Below, piece by piece: positions 51,101 through 62,330 of a stretch of 64,000 nucleotides of DNA. The position numbers and the translations under genes were made by a program. Numbering within the stretch: position 1 is the first letter of the stretch; each line of letters starts with the position of its first letter. The stretch is from Phoronis australis (lineage: Eukaryota > Animalia > Phoronida), in the NCBI GenBank assembly GCA_002633005.1, contig NMRA01000105.1:62001-126000 (forward strand), read 5' to 3'. The notes below the pieces were generated by a model. That model worked only from the letters and a program-made list of their open reading frames with translations, was not told the origin of the DNA and ran no database searches.

Positions 51101-54100
51101 CTGGTGAAGTTTTCATTTAAAAAAGGTTTCATTAAAATCGACCAAGGAGTTATTTTGCTATGAATGTACCTTTCTTAAAAATAAAATTTTGACTTAAAAA
51201 GGTTTTTATGTAAAAATAATAACGGCACATAAATACAAAAAGTATATTTATATTTCCTGGTCTTTGTTCTTTCAGAAAATATATACTTTTACTGGTTGAC
51301 AAAGCTTAGTTTTTCTGATATACGAGTTAGAATGGAGGCCACTAAATAAGGTTGGAGATAACCTTAAAATGACTTCTCTGTAGATGGGTCACTTGTGACA
51401 GTTTGCCGGGTCACCAACATAGTTGTGTTGTTCAAAAATAATTAAAAGAATACTAAACCCTATCAAGGCCTCATTCTGCCAGCTGTAACTCACCTAGAGC
51501 ATTTTATCAAACACGTTTTTTCTGGTATGAAAATTTGTATCGTATTATTTTATTGTATTTCATTATATTGTATTTTATTTGTTATATATTTTCAGAACCT
51601 GTATTGATTCCTGTGCTTGAGTTCAGTGTGCCTAAGTTGTGGTTGATTTTGGCCTGCAACGTTGTTACACAGTATCCTTTTTTGTGTTTGAAGTTGTTTC
51701 CCACCTCTTTTAGGTGTTTAGTGTCAGACCGCACTTACATTATGCTGAAATCGAGTGCGACTTGGTCTAAATTTACGATCAGTTTTTACCCGCTCCATTT
51801 ACACGTCTGCCATTTTGAAGAAGATGTTGCTCTAGAATAATCCTCACTACTTCCTGACGCGGACCCTAATGGTATCACATTATGGTTGCAGTGTTGAGTT
51901 CTTCCAAAACAGTTTGCATTTACACTCATCTGACAGTTGTATGATAACAACTTGCACCTCAAACATGTCAGTGTTGTGTAAACGAGTTTGTTAAGGGAGC
52001 AAAAGCAACCTCAGTAAGGCAACAGTGTTATAGTATTTAATTTTATGTTTTCTATTTAGCACTTTATGTTGGGAAATTTGACCCATCACACCTTATGCAT
52101 TTGCCATGTTTGAAAACACTCAATACATGTTGAAAATGTAAACTACTAATAGTCAAACCGTGTCTCGATGAACCTTCCAGCGACTTGTCTAAAATGTTCC
52201 TTGTAACTGAATTTTGCTGTAACCAAATCAACTGTACACAGTATAGTTGGAATAGTAAACAAATGTTTATTTTATTTGATAATAATTGTAGTATTATGGT
52301 AAAAGACAAGTAATACAAATAACACTACCACAATGCATTGGTCGAGGTCAAGATTTATCCAGCTGAAAAACACTCTACCCAATTCAATCTTCACCAAACA
52401 GTATTCAAGCTTGCAAACAATTTGTCCCTTCAGCACGCCATCTTTTTGGTGGCGCAGCACGCCATCTTTTTGGTGGCATGCTGACGGGACAAGTTGTTTG
52501 CAACATATTTCCACGCCTTACTGAAAAAGATACATTAATACAAATTATTCAAGCTTGTTCAATATTATTCAAGCCTGTTCAATATTATTCAAGCCTTTTG
52601 GGCCTACCATATTGAAGATTATGGATAGTTGTGATCCGCTATTCAGTAAATCGACACGCTATACATTTTAGCATTTCTGGTATGAAGAAGTGATTTGATT
52701 AGTGTTCTCAGTTGAACCAGGTGTTCATAAAAATTTACTCCTATCAAATAGGTATTAAATTTATGAAATATTCAAATTTAGAATAACGATGGTATCCATC
52801 CATTTGTAGAGTACCTTGACAAATTGACATAAAATGTCATAAAATAATATGATCGTTTATTTGTCCATTTAGCAATCTTTCTATTTACTAAATAAGTAAA
52901 CAAATGTTTATTTTATTTGATAATGATTATAGTAATGACAAAAGACAAGTAATACAAGTATTATTACCACAATACATTTGTCGAGTTCAAATAATCTTTA
53001 CTGCCAAAATTTATCAATCTCAAAAACATCCTACCCAAGTCAAGGTTCACCAATATTCAAACTTATTTAATATTATACACGCTTGTCCTGTCCAATATTC
53101 AAACTTGTTTAACATTATTCAAACTTCTCCAATATTATACAAACTTGTCCGTTTATTACTTTAGCTTGTCCAATACTATTCAAGCTTGTCCAATATTATT
53201 CAATATTATTCAAGCTTTTTGGGTCTACCACATTCAAGGTTCTATATTAAGTGTACCCTACCTTGCTAGTAACATGGTACATCACTTAATGTTAGCCCAC
53301 CTCATCATGTTCATTGTCACTCGTAAACGGGCCATAGGATATTTGTTTTGATGACCTGACGATATGAAAATGAGCTTTGCTTGGGGATTGAATTTTCTAA
53401 AGGTAGTCTGCTTGAATTATGTTACTGACCTGTAGCCAAGAGGTTCAGTTTCCCAAGTCGAATTCAGTGCGTAAAAGGTGACCAAGAAGTGATTCTATGC
53501 TCTACGAAAGCTCAAAGTTAATAGTTTGGCCTATCTTGCTTTTAATATTTGATCACCAAAAGCAATGGAGCCATTGTCTTAAGGAACAAACTGGTTTTCT
53601 TTCCAATCACTAGGTGGAGTTATTGCAACCGCATCCTAGCTGTGCTATAAGTTTGTTTCCATGCTTTTGTATTGCTGTCTGACTGGAAGCTTTTCCGCAT
53701 TTCATTTTACATATCTTCTTTTCAACAATTTGCCAAAGTTCGACAATAGATGAATTTTGAAACGGCCGCGCCATTTTGAAATCTACTATCCCGCCAGACA
53801 GCAATCAGGTCTTTGGTGGACGGGATGTTTCAACCTTCTGGTACAAACAGCGTTTTGACACTTTTCTGCTATACTTATGTCGGCAAATTTTCACTCTGCT
53901 GTGTGATGGGCCATGGGTTGAACTAATACCTTAATAAAGGATAGGGCAAACGTTTTGAAATATCAATGGATGAACAAGAACACCACGTCTCATACATTTC
54001 CCAATGTGAAAAAGAATCCGCAACAAAGCCACTGGCTGCGGCTGATAAAGCAGGAGAGTTTCAATCCCAGGTGTCAAAAACCTTAAATATGTTAGGGAAC

Positions 54101-54727
54101 TTTTCTAAAAACTAGTGAGTTAATGATGGAAGGGACTGACAATGAACTTATTCTTCTGCTTCTAATCTAAATTAATGAACCGCTGTTAAGTAGTTGAATT
54201 TCTGTCCTCCAAACAGAATCGGGATCAATTGGTAGTCAGTTTTGTGCTCTCATTACTCTAGAGAGCGCCAATATGAAAAGTCCTCTGTTGGTGTTTTTCA
54301 CAACTTGTGCTTCTCTAGTTCCTGGTGCAGTTTTGCTTATGGCTAATGTGTTAACATGTCATACTGCTTCTTGGGCCTGTGTGTTTTAATCACGTTTGAT
54401 ACCTGTACCGTTGCAAGCTTAGGCTTCAAACTATACCACCAACTTTTCATGTACTTCTCGCCTTAACTCTGCACCAGGTATGTATGCATACGGTCTGTGT
54501 TTGTCCTGACTTCCGAGTATCAATCGCTGACCGTCACGCTGGTCATCACGTTGCGCAAGTTCTTCAGCCTGTTGTTCTCCGTCTTTTACTTCCGTAACCC
54601 GTTCACGCTGTACCATTGGGTCGGCACCTTCCTGGTGTTTGGAGGTACTCTGCTTTTTGTCGATGTCTTCTCCATGTTGGCGAATAGGAAATCAGAACAG
54701 CTAAGTGGACGACAAAAGAATGAATGA
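42008..54727 (+). CDS. SLC35B4: SLC35B4-like UDP-xylose/UDP-N-acetylglucosamine transporter (spliced, 5' incomplete)
   Basis: Exons 42008-42121, 42957-43059, 44381-44430, 44998-45076, 46935-46986, 47449-47558, 49870-49945, 51596-51671 and 54478-54727 join in frame with AG/GT boundaries. Protein motifs HPGSGTIVTFCQFLFIAVEGF, NNYALNFNISLPLHMIFKSGSLVANM, GKHPKEALFYNH and SLTVTLVITLRKFFSLLFSVFYFRNPFTLYHW match SLC35B4 as recalled. Confidence 0.93.
42159..42517. mobile_element. Harbinger-like MITE
   Basis: tga|GGCC...gtttgccctta / taagggcaaac...GGCC|tga; 3 bp TSD TGA. Confidence 0.6.
42957..43059 (+). CDS. SLC35B4: SLC35B4 exon (NYVVMVSVFFITSSVNNYALNFNISLPLHMIFKS)
   Basis: ttttcag acceptor, gtaagt donor, 103 bp. 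Confidence 0.92.
43021..43405 (+). repeat. 51 bp tandem array made of an SLC35B4 exon 3' end plus its splice donor, about 8 copies
   Basis: Unit ttcaacatatcactacctcttcacatgatattcaagtcggtaagtctcact. Confidence 0.95.
43790..43985 (+). pseudogene. Decayed CR1/L2-type LINE ORF2 C-terminal fragment
   Basis: Frameshifted translation KVQN..ARVILDVPFD...RRLCMVFNCCCGDAPEYL resembles the CR1/L2 QNxAARII...LxMVxKxLxGxAPxYL tail. Confidence 0.55.
44076..44148 (+). mobile_element. tRNA-derived SINE head or tRNA-like pseudogene
   Basis: A-box-like TGACTCATTGG, B box GGTTCAAGTCC at tRNA spacing, partial acceptor stem CCCAA/TTGGG. Confidence 0.6.
44381..44430 (+). CDS. SLC35B4: SLC35B4 exon (GSLVANMVLGIFILKR)
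   Basis: tttccag acceptor, gtacgg donor, 50 bp. Confidence 0.9.
44698..44910. repeat. 60 bp tandem repeat, about 3.5 copies
   Basis: gtgat.tgttcactgtt..g.acatcttgctatagct...a.tt.tatgg.g.gcaaggt recurs at a 60 bp period. Confidence 0.85.
44998..45076 (+). CDS. SLC35B4: SLC35B4 exon (YKMSKYISVAVVTAGIFICSLMSAQE)
   Basis: cccacag acceptor, gtcagt donor; frame fits both neighbouring exons. Confidence 0.85.
45181..45489. mobile_element. MITE with about 83 bp TIRs and internal GC-rich repeats of about 50 bp
   Basis: aaacagcttattatttaaaatgacttattcttattaaaatgacataggcaaaaaattgaa is mirrored almost perfectly; internal tatattaatat.g.gggccc.gc occurs three times. Confidence 0.85.
46655..46890. repeat. 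CT-rich low-complexity tract
   Basis: Polypyrimidine ctccctcc-type repeats. Confidence 0.8.
46935..46986 (+). CDS. SLC35B4: SLC35B4 exon (KPQNSKDEETDLSRWFTG)
   Basis: ttttatttcag acceptor, gtaaac donor; phase fits neighbours; corresponds to the variable loop ending in the WxxG motif. Confidence 0.8.
47449..47558 (+). CDS. SLC35B4: SLC35B4 exon (IAMLSFSLFASARLGIYQEQTYAQYGKHPKEALFYN)
   Basis: tgttacag acceptor, gtatgt donor, 110 bp. Confidence 0.92.
47533..47671 (+). repeat. 55 bp tandem duplication of an SLC35B4 exon 3' end plus donor, 2.5 copies
   Basis: caaagg(a/t)ggcattgttttacaat|gtatgtatataactgtggttattaaactcatt. Confidence 0.92.
48653..48700 (-). ncRNA. Minimal type I hammerhead ribozyme of the Penelope-like element type
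   Basis: Minus strand reads GACTT-CTGAGGA-T-GGTGT-ttaataaatg-ACACC-GAAA-CATGTC-AAGTT: intact CUGANGA and GAAA core, stem I, 5 bp stem II, palindromic ACAUGU minimal stem III, GUC cleavage triplet. Confidence 0.72.
49359..49600. mobile_element. Inverted pair of Penelope-like pLTR fragments with hammerhead-like hairpins
   Basis: About 95 bp arms; the right arm has GAAAAAA-GGCCTGG-cgta-CCAGGCC-GAAACGTC. Confidence 0.6.
49870..49945 (+). CDS. SLC35B4: SLC35B4 exon (HAMPLAGFSLFYHLIYEHAVLYSQS)
   Basis: tgtttcag acceptor, gtaggc donor, 76 bp. Confidence 0.88.
49976..51363. mobile_element. Non-autonomous Kolobok-like DNA transposon
   Basis: Perfect TIR GGTTATCTCCAACCTTATT/AATAAGGTTGGAGATAACC flanked by GTAA/TTAA (TTAA-type TSD with one change). 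Confidence 0.75.
51596..51671 (+). CDS. SLC35B4: SLC35B4 exon (EPVLIPVLEFSVPKLWLILACNVVTQ)
   Basis: ttttcag acceptor, GTATCCTTT donor, 76 bp. Confidence 0.88.
52255..53235. repeat. Diverged duplication about 640 bp apart containing an approximately 20 bp aatattattcaagcttgttc minisatellite
   Basis: gtaaacaaatgtttattttatttgataat...aaaagacaagtaatacaa near 52255 and 52896; both copies end in caagc.ttttggg.ctacca. Confidence 0.75.
53896..54085 (+). pseudogene. THAP zinc-finger remnant from a DNA transposon, inside the U12 intron
   Basis: CCVMG...HTFPNVKKNPQQSHWLRLIKQESFNP fits the THAP pattern C..C...F.FP....W...I.R..F.P, with frame breaks. Confidence 0.45.
54478..54727 (+). CDS. SLC35B4: SLC35B4 last coding exon (YVCIRSVFVLTSEYQSLTVTLVITLRKF...QKNE*)
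   Basis: ccag acceptor; conserved YVCIR..VF.LT.E..SLTVTLV.TLRKF motif; TGA at 54725-54727. Confidence 0.93.
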
Positions 54728-57459
54728 GGAAGTTGCACGATCAAAAATGCTTCAACTGGGAAAAGAGTTTTTAATTTCTATTTTTTTCAGATAAAATAAC
54801 ATTGCATAACATTCGCATAATTTCCATCTAACCCACTCACTTCCGGGCATTTTACAGTAGTATGCCCTTAGTTGAATGGTGTGATTTCCTTTGATACCAT
54901 CTTTATTGTGGGCAGGATGTCACCTCACATGCACAAGTCTTACTATTATTATTATGATTATTATAGGTGATTATCTCTCACATTTTTTGCATTTCAAAGA
55001 GTTGCTCAAGGTATTTAATAGACTTGATTGTTGTTGTTTGTATGATAATAGGTCGCAGGTCAGAACGTTTACCCATGTATTTTTCTACTTAGGATCAAGT
55101 AAGTGTGGTTATTGGCTATAACCAGAGTTGGTGTCTGCGATAATTCACATTGTGCTGTTGAAATAATGAGTGATAGAAATGTATGGCAAAAGTTCTTCAA
55201 TTTGGGACAAAACATGTTTTTAAAGGCTCATAATGTTTCTACAAATGAAAAGCAAGTGTACTTAACAGTTCTATGGTAAAACCAGTGTTAACAATGATGT
55301 AGTTTCCTTGAGAAATTGACAGTATGGAATTCCTATTATGTCCCAAACTGAAGATTTTTCACCATTATCGTATTGCCACGCCATTAGGCCCATGGGTGTC
55401 TGTGTGTAACAGTTCATATATGCAAAACTTGGGCACATGCGCCAATATGCAAACCACTTGGGTAAAAAGGCATGCCTTCGGATATATGCTCATGGGCCTA
55501 AAGGCTTAGCAATACAGTAAAATATTGTTTATGAAAGGCGAGTCAATTTTTAAAAAGAAAATGGGTGCGCTTATACATGAATTAATGTATGGGCCTATGC
55601 AGGGGACATTCCGTAGGCTTATATGCTTGCCCCTATATGCAAACCACTTGGGTAAAAAAGGCTGCGAAAAAAGTCATTTTGTCGGATATGGATCCATGGG
55701 CATAACAGCACGGCAATACAGTATTTGATCAACAGTGTAGTAAGGGGTCAGTAATTATGTTCTTGGGTAAGGTGCTCATTTCCAATTAAGTGTACTTACT
55801 TTTTTACTTGGTGAAATGAAATTTCTCCACGTATGTTGCTAAGACATGAATTTTTTGTTTCTTTGTTCGTATGCTACAGCTCGCAGTTATTATGGGATCA
55901 ACATGAAGTGTCTCGTGAATGGCGCAAAGTCTTTAATGTTTTGCTTGAAATTGGACGCAAGATGGCGCTGTGGTGGCCATTTTTCTATTTTTTTGGCTTG
56001 CAGAATAATAGCTTCACTGTTTCTGGTGGGATTTTTTTGATTTTTTTTTCAGTGGATTAATCATTCTAAGAGTATCGCAACTGTGTAATTTTTTCTCAAG
56101 GTCTTACCATTCTCCAGGATTTTCCGGGGGCTGTTCTCCAATTAAGTGAGTTTTTGTACCGTATCTTCGGCGTCCCTTGACGGATCTATCTGAGCTTTGG
56201 TGTGTGGACAGATCTTTTTAAAGCGCTACCAGCATCATGAAACCCATTTCTTGCTATGACTTACCGTTCTTGCGATATTCAAGTTTTTTGCTCATATGAC
56301 TGTTTTTTTTCACTACTCTTATATGGCTGCACTTTGTGAGCCTTTGTTAGCCATATTTTTTCTAGAAATAGCATGTTTCGTCTGATCAACATGAAATTTA
56401 AGTATCAGGTTTACTAAGAGTCAATAGTCTGAGGAATTTTGTACATGGGTGAAATTGGATGCAAGTGATGGCTCTGTGACAGCCATTTTTTGAATTGTTT
56501 GCCGACCTCTAGCTTTGCGATCCTTTGCTCAAACCTTTTCAAATTTGGTACATATGTGAATGGATCTCCTCAAAGGCTATCTAATACATTGGGGTAATTA
56601 ACGTTAGGGTCAGGGTTGTTGATGTTCTTGGTTTCATCGTTGATCTCTCCTTTGAATTTTTATTGGATTTCACCAAGTGTCGCTCCTCAGAGCGCTGTCA
56701 TTTTGTTTGTCACTGCTACCTACCATGGGGAAAGTTGGTCTGACTCAACAGTTATTATCTGAACATACTTAACATTTTTAACTTTTATGCTTATCTAATT
56801 GTTTATCGCTAAATTTGGACTAGGGACTTAATGGCTACAAATTCCTACACATGCCAAATACATCCACTATTTTTCAATTCGCAGTTTTGTCAATGCCAAG
56901 TTTTATTTACAGCACAGAAACTCACATACATAAGACACCAAATGTTACATGCAGCAAAACTTTATTTGATAAACCATTGTGACTGACTCCACATTTTGTG
57001 GCCAACTGTCTGGTTTGTGGGTTTCCATTATGGATTCCTGTTTTTGAATGAGTTACTCATCCATCTTCACACGTGCAGTCTCCATTCTTCTAAATGTATG
57101 GTTGTATAAAAAGCTAATCTATACTTTTTGATAGGTGGAGTTTTGTCCCACTTCCCTTTGTTGTCATGGTGCTAGCCTGGTACTGCATTATGGGAATTCA
57201 CCTAAGGTTTGTAAGACCTTATGCTGGTTTTCCACAAGCAGATTGTAAGTTTGCACATCAAATTGTTGTATAGACAACCATTTGTGCAGCAGCTATAGTG
57301 CTTATGCGGGTTAATAACAATAACACGAGATTCTGTAAGACTTAACTGTGATGTTACCAGAACTAGGGCAAAAACATCTTGTTTGGCCATTTGCACAATA
57401 TGTTAGCAGAGCTGTGTATTCTGTTCAGTTTAGGACGAGTTTTTGATCTTCTAGTGTGG

Positions 57460-57660
57460 AAAATATCAAATAAGCATTGTTGTTATGGGAAATGTAATTC
57501 AGATGGGCGTTATGGTTATCTAGAAAACATACAAGGGAGTATTTTTCATAAGTTTCTGGAAGATGACGAAAATGAACCTTCGTCAAGTGCAAACTATGGA
57601 TTTTACGCTGCAGGAGAAAGAATTAAGATCGAAAAGGTCAAAAAGCTTTCCTGTAATTGA
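57460..57660 (+). pseudogene. THAP-domain N-terminus of a decayed transposase, ISL2EU-like
   Basis: NKHCCYGKCNSDGRY...IFHKF resembles the CxxGxCNSDSRY...FxxFP THAP subtype. Confidence 0.55.
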
Positions 57661-58063
57661 ATGTTACTAACATCAAAGGGCCTTCAAACCATATTTGGAC
57701 CCCGAATACGTGAATTGACGATTTCTATGTAACACTTCAAAGGGGACCCTTCCTCAAATAATTATACAAGTCTTTTACCATTGGAAGATTTTAAACAAAG
57801 ACCAAAGGAACCAAGCCCCCCCCCCTGCTAAGTACTCCCAAATGTTATAAACGAGTGTTTACAGCCGGCCACAAGGTTCGTAAAGTCAGTGTATGGGTAG
57901 TCAATACATTTTCTGTCCCATGTCCTTTTTGCAACATTGACTTCACGTACATACCTTAGCCCACTTCAACCTGAATTCTTGAGTCATGAGGCAGTAAAAA
58001 TTTACAAACCAATACATGTTTATTCTGAAACTGTTGGATTTAAAACACTTGAACTTCAGCATT

Positions 58064-58707
58064 AACATCAAATACATAGTCTACTTTGACATGGTTGGTT
58101 TGATGTGTTCTATAGAATTCATAAGATCAAATACATAGTCTACTTTGACATGGTTGGTTTGATGTGTTCTATAGAATTCATAACATCAAATACATAGTCT
58201 ACTTTGACACGGTTGGTTTGATGTGTTCTATAGATTTCATCAAGTATTTCGATCATATCGTTAAAATACACTCTATCAAACGCATTAAGAACACACTGTA
58301 TATCCTTTCTGGTGTACAGCACCTGTTCACAAGAGTTCAGTCCAATAATACCCAGCTGTCCTTGAATTTGGGCATAATATGGACACTCAGGTCCACAGTG
58401 AAGGATGCCATCTACTTCAGTCACTCCCTCTTTCAGCATATTGTTAAAATACACGCTATCAAACGCATTAAGAACACGCTGTACATCCTTTCTGGTGTAC
58501 AGCACCTGTTCATAAGAGTTCAGTCCAATAATACCCAGCTGTCCTTGAATTTGGGCATAATATGGACACTCAGGTCCACAGTGAAGGATGCCATCCACTT
58601 CAGTCACTTCCTCTTTCAGCATATTGTTAAAATACACTCTATCAAACGCATTAAGAACACACTGTATATCCTTTCTGGTGTACAGCACCTGTTCACAAGA
58701 GTTCAGT
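58064..58707. repeat. Adjacent 61 bp (about 2.8 copies) and 180 bp (about 2.5 copies) tandem repeats
   Basis: atcaaatacatagtctactttgaca.ggttggtttgatgtgttctataga three times; gttaaaatacac.ctatcaaacgcattaagaacac at 58260, 58443 and 58626 (period about 180-183 bp). Confidence 0.92.
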
Positions 58708-59100
58708 CAGTGTTCTTGCGTGTACTACATCGTGGAATGTTGATGCAGTTAAGTGTCCTTTGCCCAGTTTGTGCTCAATACTTGATCATCTGTCAGTAGT
58801 CTCCTGGTATCAAGAAGTCTAGGATCAAAATGCATGGCCCATAGAGGTTTCACTACGTTCTGGAACCTGTTAAAAAATGAGTGCTCATTAAGCCATTCAA
58901 ATGAATCTGAAATGTAATTTGATAAAATTTAATCACACTCTTTGAATGTCGTATTAAACTTTACAGGGGTTGGTAGAGCAAATTTTCAACTGAAAGCGTG
59001 TGCCCTTTCAAGGAACAGAATTGCCCTAAGCTACCATGGGTTGCCTTCCCCAGCCTGTGCGCACTGTGTTAAAATAATATATGCAACTTTTTCTCCCATT
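58140..59100 (-). pseudogene. YqaJ/lambda-exonuclease-like ORF with SWIM-like remnant (ISL2EU- or Kolobok-type second ORF), internally tandem-duplicated
   Basis: YYAQIQGQLGIIGLNSCEQVLYT...FDRVYFNDMIEILDEIY fits YqaJ YYxQxQGQLxxxxxxxCDFVxYT; near 59000-59080 IILTQCAQAGEG...AILFLE resembles SWIM CxCxAG..CxHxxALLF. Confidence 0.72.
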
Positions 59101-60249
59101 AGCAAGTTTCAAAGAATAGCCAGCTGAAGGTTGGGTTGGTTAGAACCCAGAAGTGACTGTAAATTCTTGTAAGACAACTTTCGGTTACCGTGGTATTCAA
59201 TGCAAGTATTGAGCATGCTTATGACATGACCCCTGACTTTGGAACCTAAATCAGATTGAACACTGTCTCATCAATGACAATTTACAGTTCAGTAAACATG
59301 TGCGAAGTTCTCAACCACATATACTTTGCCTTGGAAGAATTCAGTTTTCAAAATTCTACAGGACCATCATGGTCTATTCTTCCAGAAAGCTGGTCCATTG
59401 GTACAAGACTTCTCCTCAAATGCCTCAATCTCATAGAAGGCTATTCCGACATTACATAATGCACCATCAGAACTGCAGGGTCAAAATAAATTCATCAAAA
59501 CTGGTTACTCAGTCCTTTATTGGCCATACATTCTCATGATTTAAACATAGTGCAGCACAATCATAACACAGTGCTGGGACACAAAATATGGTACTGCAGG
59601 GTGTTACATTAGCCTGCAGAGACTCAGAAGGCATTAAGTTGATACAAATATCTCATTTATGTTTTTATAACTTAACACAACCTTTTCTAATGTTCAAGCT
59701 TCACAAAATTAATGCTTAGGCTGTTTGGAAAGAACATTAATCAAAAAGGCACCCTTTTGCTGGCCATTTGATGTAGAAAAAACATCTGAGTAGCACATCC
59801 CATATAGACCATCTATGTGAGTGCCCCCATGATTTTCCCTTTAAGAGACTGATCTGAATTTTATTTCTTATGTTTGCTTTATTAATTTGCTTAACATTCT
59901 TTTTTAATAAATCAGTATAGTCTTGTATCATCTTGTAATTGTTTACAAAATATATATTCCTCACAGATGTATCTATCACAAGTGTGTGAAGATACCCCCC
60001 GGACATTACCCCCCCCCGGACATTCACACCAGGTAGCGTGAGTATAAACTGGGGACTTGTTAACAAGAATCCACAGCCTGTAATGGTTACGCTTCATATA
60101 GGTCTTGTCACGTTGGGTAGGTTTGCCTTTAGAAACGAAGAGAGATCTGTCTTCGTCTTTGCCACAGAGCAAGAATATGCCCATCAGCAAGCAGTCTATA
60201 ATCCTCTGCACTTTTATAGGCCCCCAGTTTTTTGTTGTCAATTAACGAT

Positions 60250-60635
60250 AAAATTTATTGCCTGAACAGAGCTCAACATCTATATGCGTCTCATCGGTTG
60301 ATGTCGTCTCGTCGGTTGTCTCGTCGTTTTCCTCCTTAATGCTACACAGCTGGAACACTCGTATTTCATGGTCTACAAATATTCTGTTCATCATTTCCAG
60401 CCACTGTTCCACTGCTTCATACTGGTCATCGTCATCAAGGTGACAAACATATGCCTCATGCTTGTCCGTCAAATTACCATAGACCAGGGACACCTTATCA
60501 AAATACTCCTAAATGTTCTTTTGTTTTGTCCACGTCATTTCCAATTAATTCAGCTAGAGTATTGCTCACTCTAGTGAACACTGCAGATTTCGCCCACCTC
60601 TTGGCCCGTCTGGCAGTTTCCACTAATTCCATAGT
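60250..60635 (-). pseudogene. BEL/Pao LTR retrotransposon gag N-terminal fragment
   Basis: Frameshifted MELVETARRAKRWAKS..FTRVSNTLAELI...LTDKHEAYVCHLDDDDQYEAVEQWL resembles the BEL gag pattern AKxxFTR..N.L...HExY.........W. Confidence 0.5.
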
Positions 60636-61047
60636 CAGGGCACGTCCGTAACAATCGCTATCGCAAGAAATTGAATGCTATCATTTATATGATTTATAGA
60701 AAAATCCTAGTTCTCATTGGTTTCGGCCTTGAGCGGTACACAGCATTTCTCTGTTGTGTCAGCTGCATTTTGTTTGCGAGTTTGAAAACCAGACCACAAG
60801 ACACAAAGTGTTTCTTGTTACCCATGAACACATGCAAACAATCACAGTGGCACTTTTTGGGGTTTTTTGTTTTGTGCTAGGAACCAGCAAGAGAAGGAAT
60901 AGCAACTTTACAGTTTCAATGACCGGACGCCTACCAGTGTGCTCGATGGCATTTGCCACAGTTGAACTTAAAGCACCGGAGCAGCTAAACGAACTTTCAT
61001 TGTAGCAAAAGATGTGAGAAACACATGGGCACGTGACAACTTTGACG

Positions 61048-62330
61048 CTAGTCTTCCATTCTGATGAAACTGCTTCTCATGCAATTGAACACCTTGTAAC
61101 CAAGAGATATCATAGCCATTACGCCATACATTTCTACTTTGCTTGTGGCAAAAAGAGTTAGACGATTTTGTATCGTTGTGAAGAGATGTGGAGCATCTGA
61201 TATAAAGAACAATGGCCTATCAGACCAAATGCTGATAGTCTTATACACAATGACATCCAAGTTTACAGTATGCAACCTGAAAAACTTGTGGTTTGGTGAC
61301 GCTGCATCATAGGTAATACATAGAATTTTAAGACCACTAATTTCCAAACGCTCCACAGCTTCCCACAAGACAGGGTATAAATAATTTGCTGTGATACCAT
61401 TACATGGAAAATGAGCGAGGGCAAACTTTAAATTGGACGTTAATGAACGCACCATTAAAGTAAGCATGTGCTTATCCAAGTCTTCTCTTGGTTCGTTGTT
61501 GCCTTTTAGTTGTGCCTCAAAATCAATTAACTCGTTACCTATAATGCCAAAGTCAACGAACCCAATAAGCTCACCGCTATTCTTATCTAATACAAGATTT
61601 GACTTTATCTTGATCTCATCTTGTAATAAATTGCAGAACTTTTGAGAATCATCCAATCTGGCAACTTCCATTTCTCTTTACATTTGCTGGAATGCTTCCA
61701 CCTGAAACCCAGTCCTCACTTTAAAAACACTGGTGTAATCCTGTAACGTGCGTTGGGATGGTAGTTTAATAAAGCCAGCACACCGCAAGGCATCATATGC
61801 AGCAGACGACTTCAACTTGATGCTGAGGGCCCATCTCACTATCAGGGGATGCCATTGCATACTTTTGGGATCCTTGGCCTCGAATGTCTAGTCCTCTGTT
61901 TCTCCCAAAAAGGGTCACTTTCAAACGGATTTCTTTTTTATTCATCCGATATCGTGTCTCTAACAAGTTTGTCAACTTCAAAGTCTAATTCACGTTTGTT
62001 GGGCATGAGCCTTAACTCTCATTCTCATCTGCTGCTTGTCTAAAGTGGAAAGTGGAGTATGGGACGAAGGCATTGTGAGATCATCACAGCTTCGACACTT
62101 TCTTGAATTTATAGGTCGTAGGTTTTTCCCATATCTACAGCATTCTTTGCAATGGGAGTTTTCCTTCATAATCAGGGGTTCACACTGCTGGGACCTTACA
62201 GAGCTTTGGTACTTTTCTCCCATTGGACCTTCTAAGTAAACTATCCACTATCGTATCTTGAGTAACCCTGGCACTGTTCATGAGGATTACCAGTGCATAT
62301 AAGGGCATCCTGTTGATGGCATTGATTACA
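61048..62330 (-). pseudogene. P-element-type transposase (THAP9-like), disrupted
   Basis: WHPLIVRWALSIKLKSSAAYDALR..GFIKLPSQRTLQDY, DEIKIKSNLV..GELIGFVDFG, LYPVLWEAVERLEISGLKILCITYDAASPN and FFISDAPHL motifs, split by stops and frameshifts and 3' truncated. Confidence 0.88.

Larger units (their letters stand above)
51672..54477 (+). other. U12-type (minor spliceosome) GT-AG intron
   Basis: 5' splice site GTATCCTTT matches the U11 consensus RTATCCTTT; branch point CCTTAAC at 54461-54467 ends 8 nt before the AG at 54476-54477; no polypyrimidine tract between them. Confidence 0.88.

Noticed and set aside
58164-58799. 211 aa + strand ORF, the longest in the track
   Set aside because: It is the antisense shadow of the tandem-duplicated YqaJ fragment.
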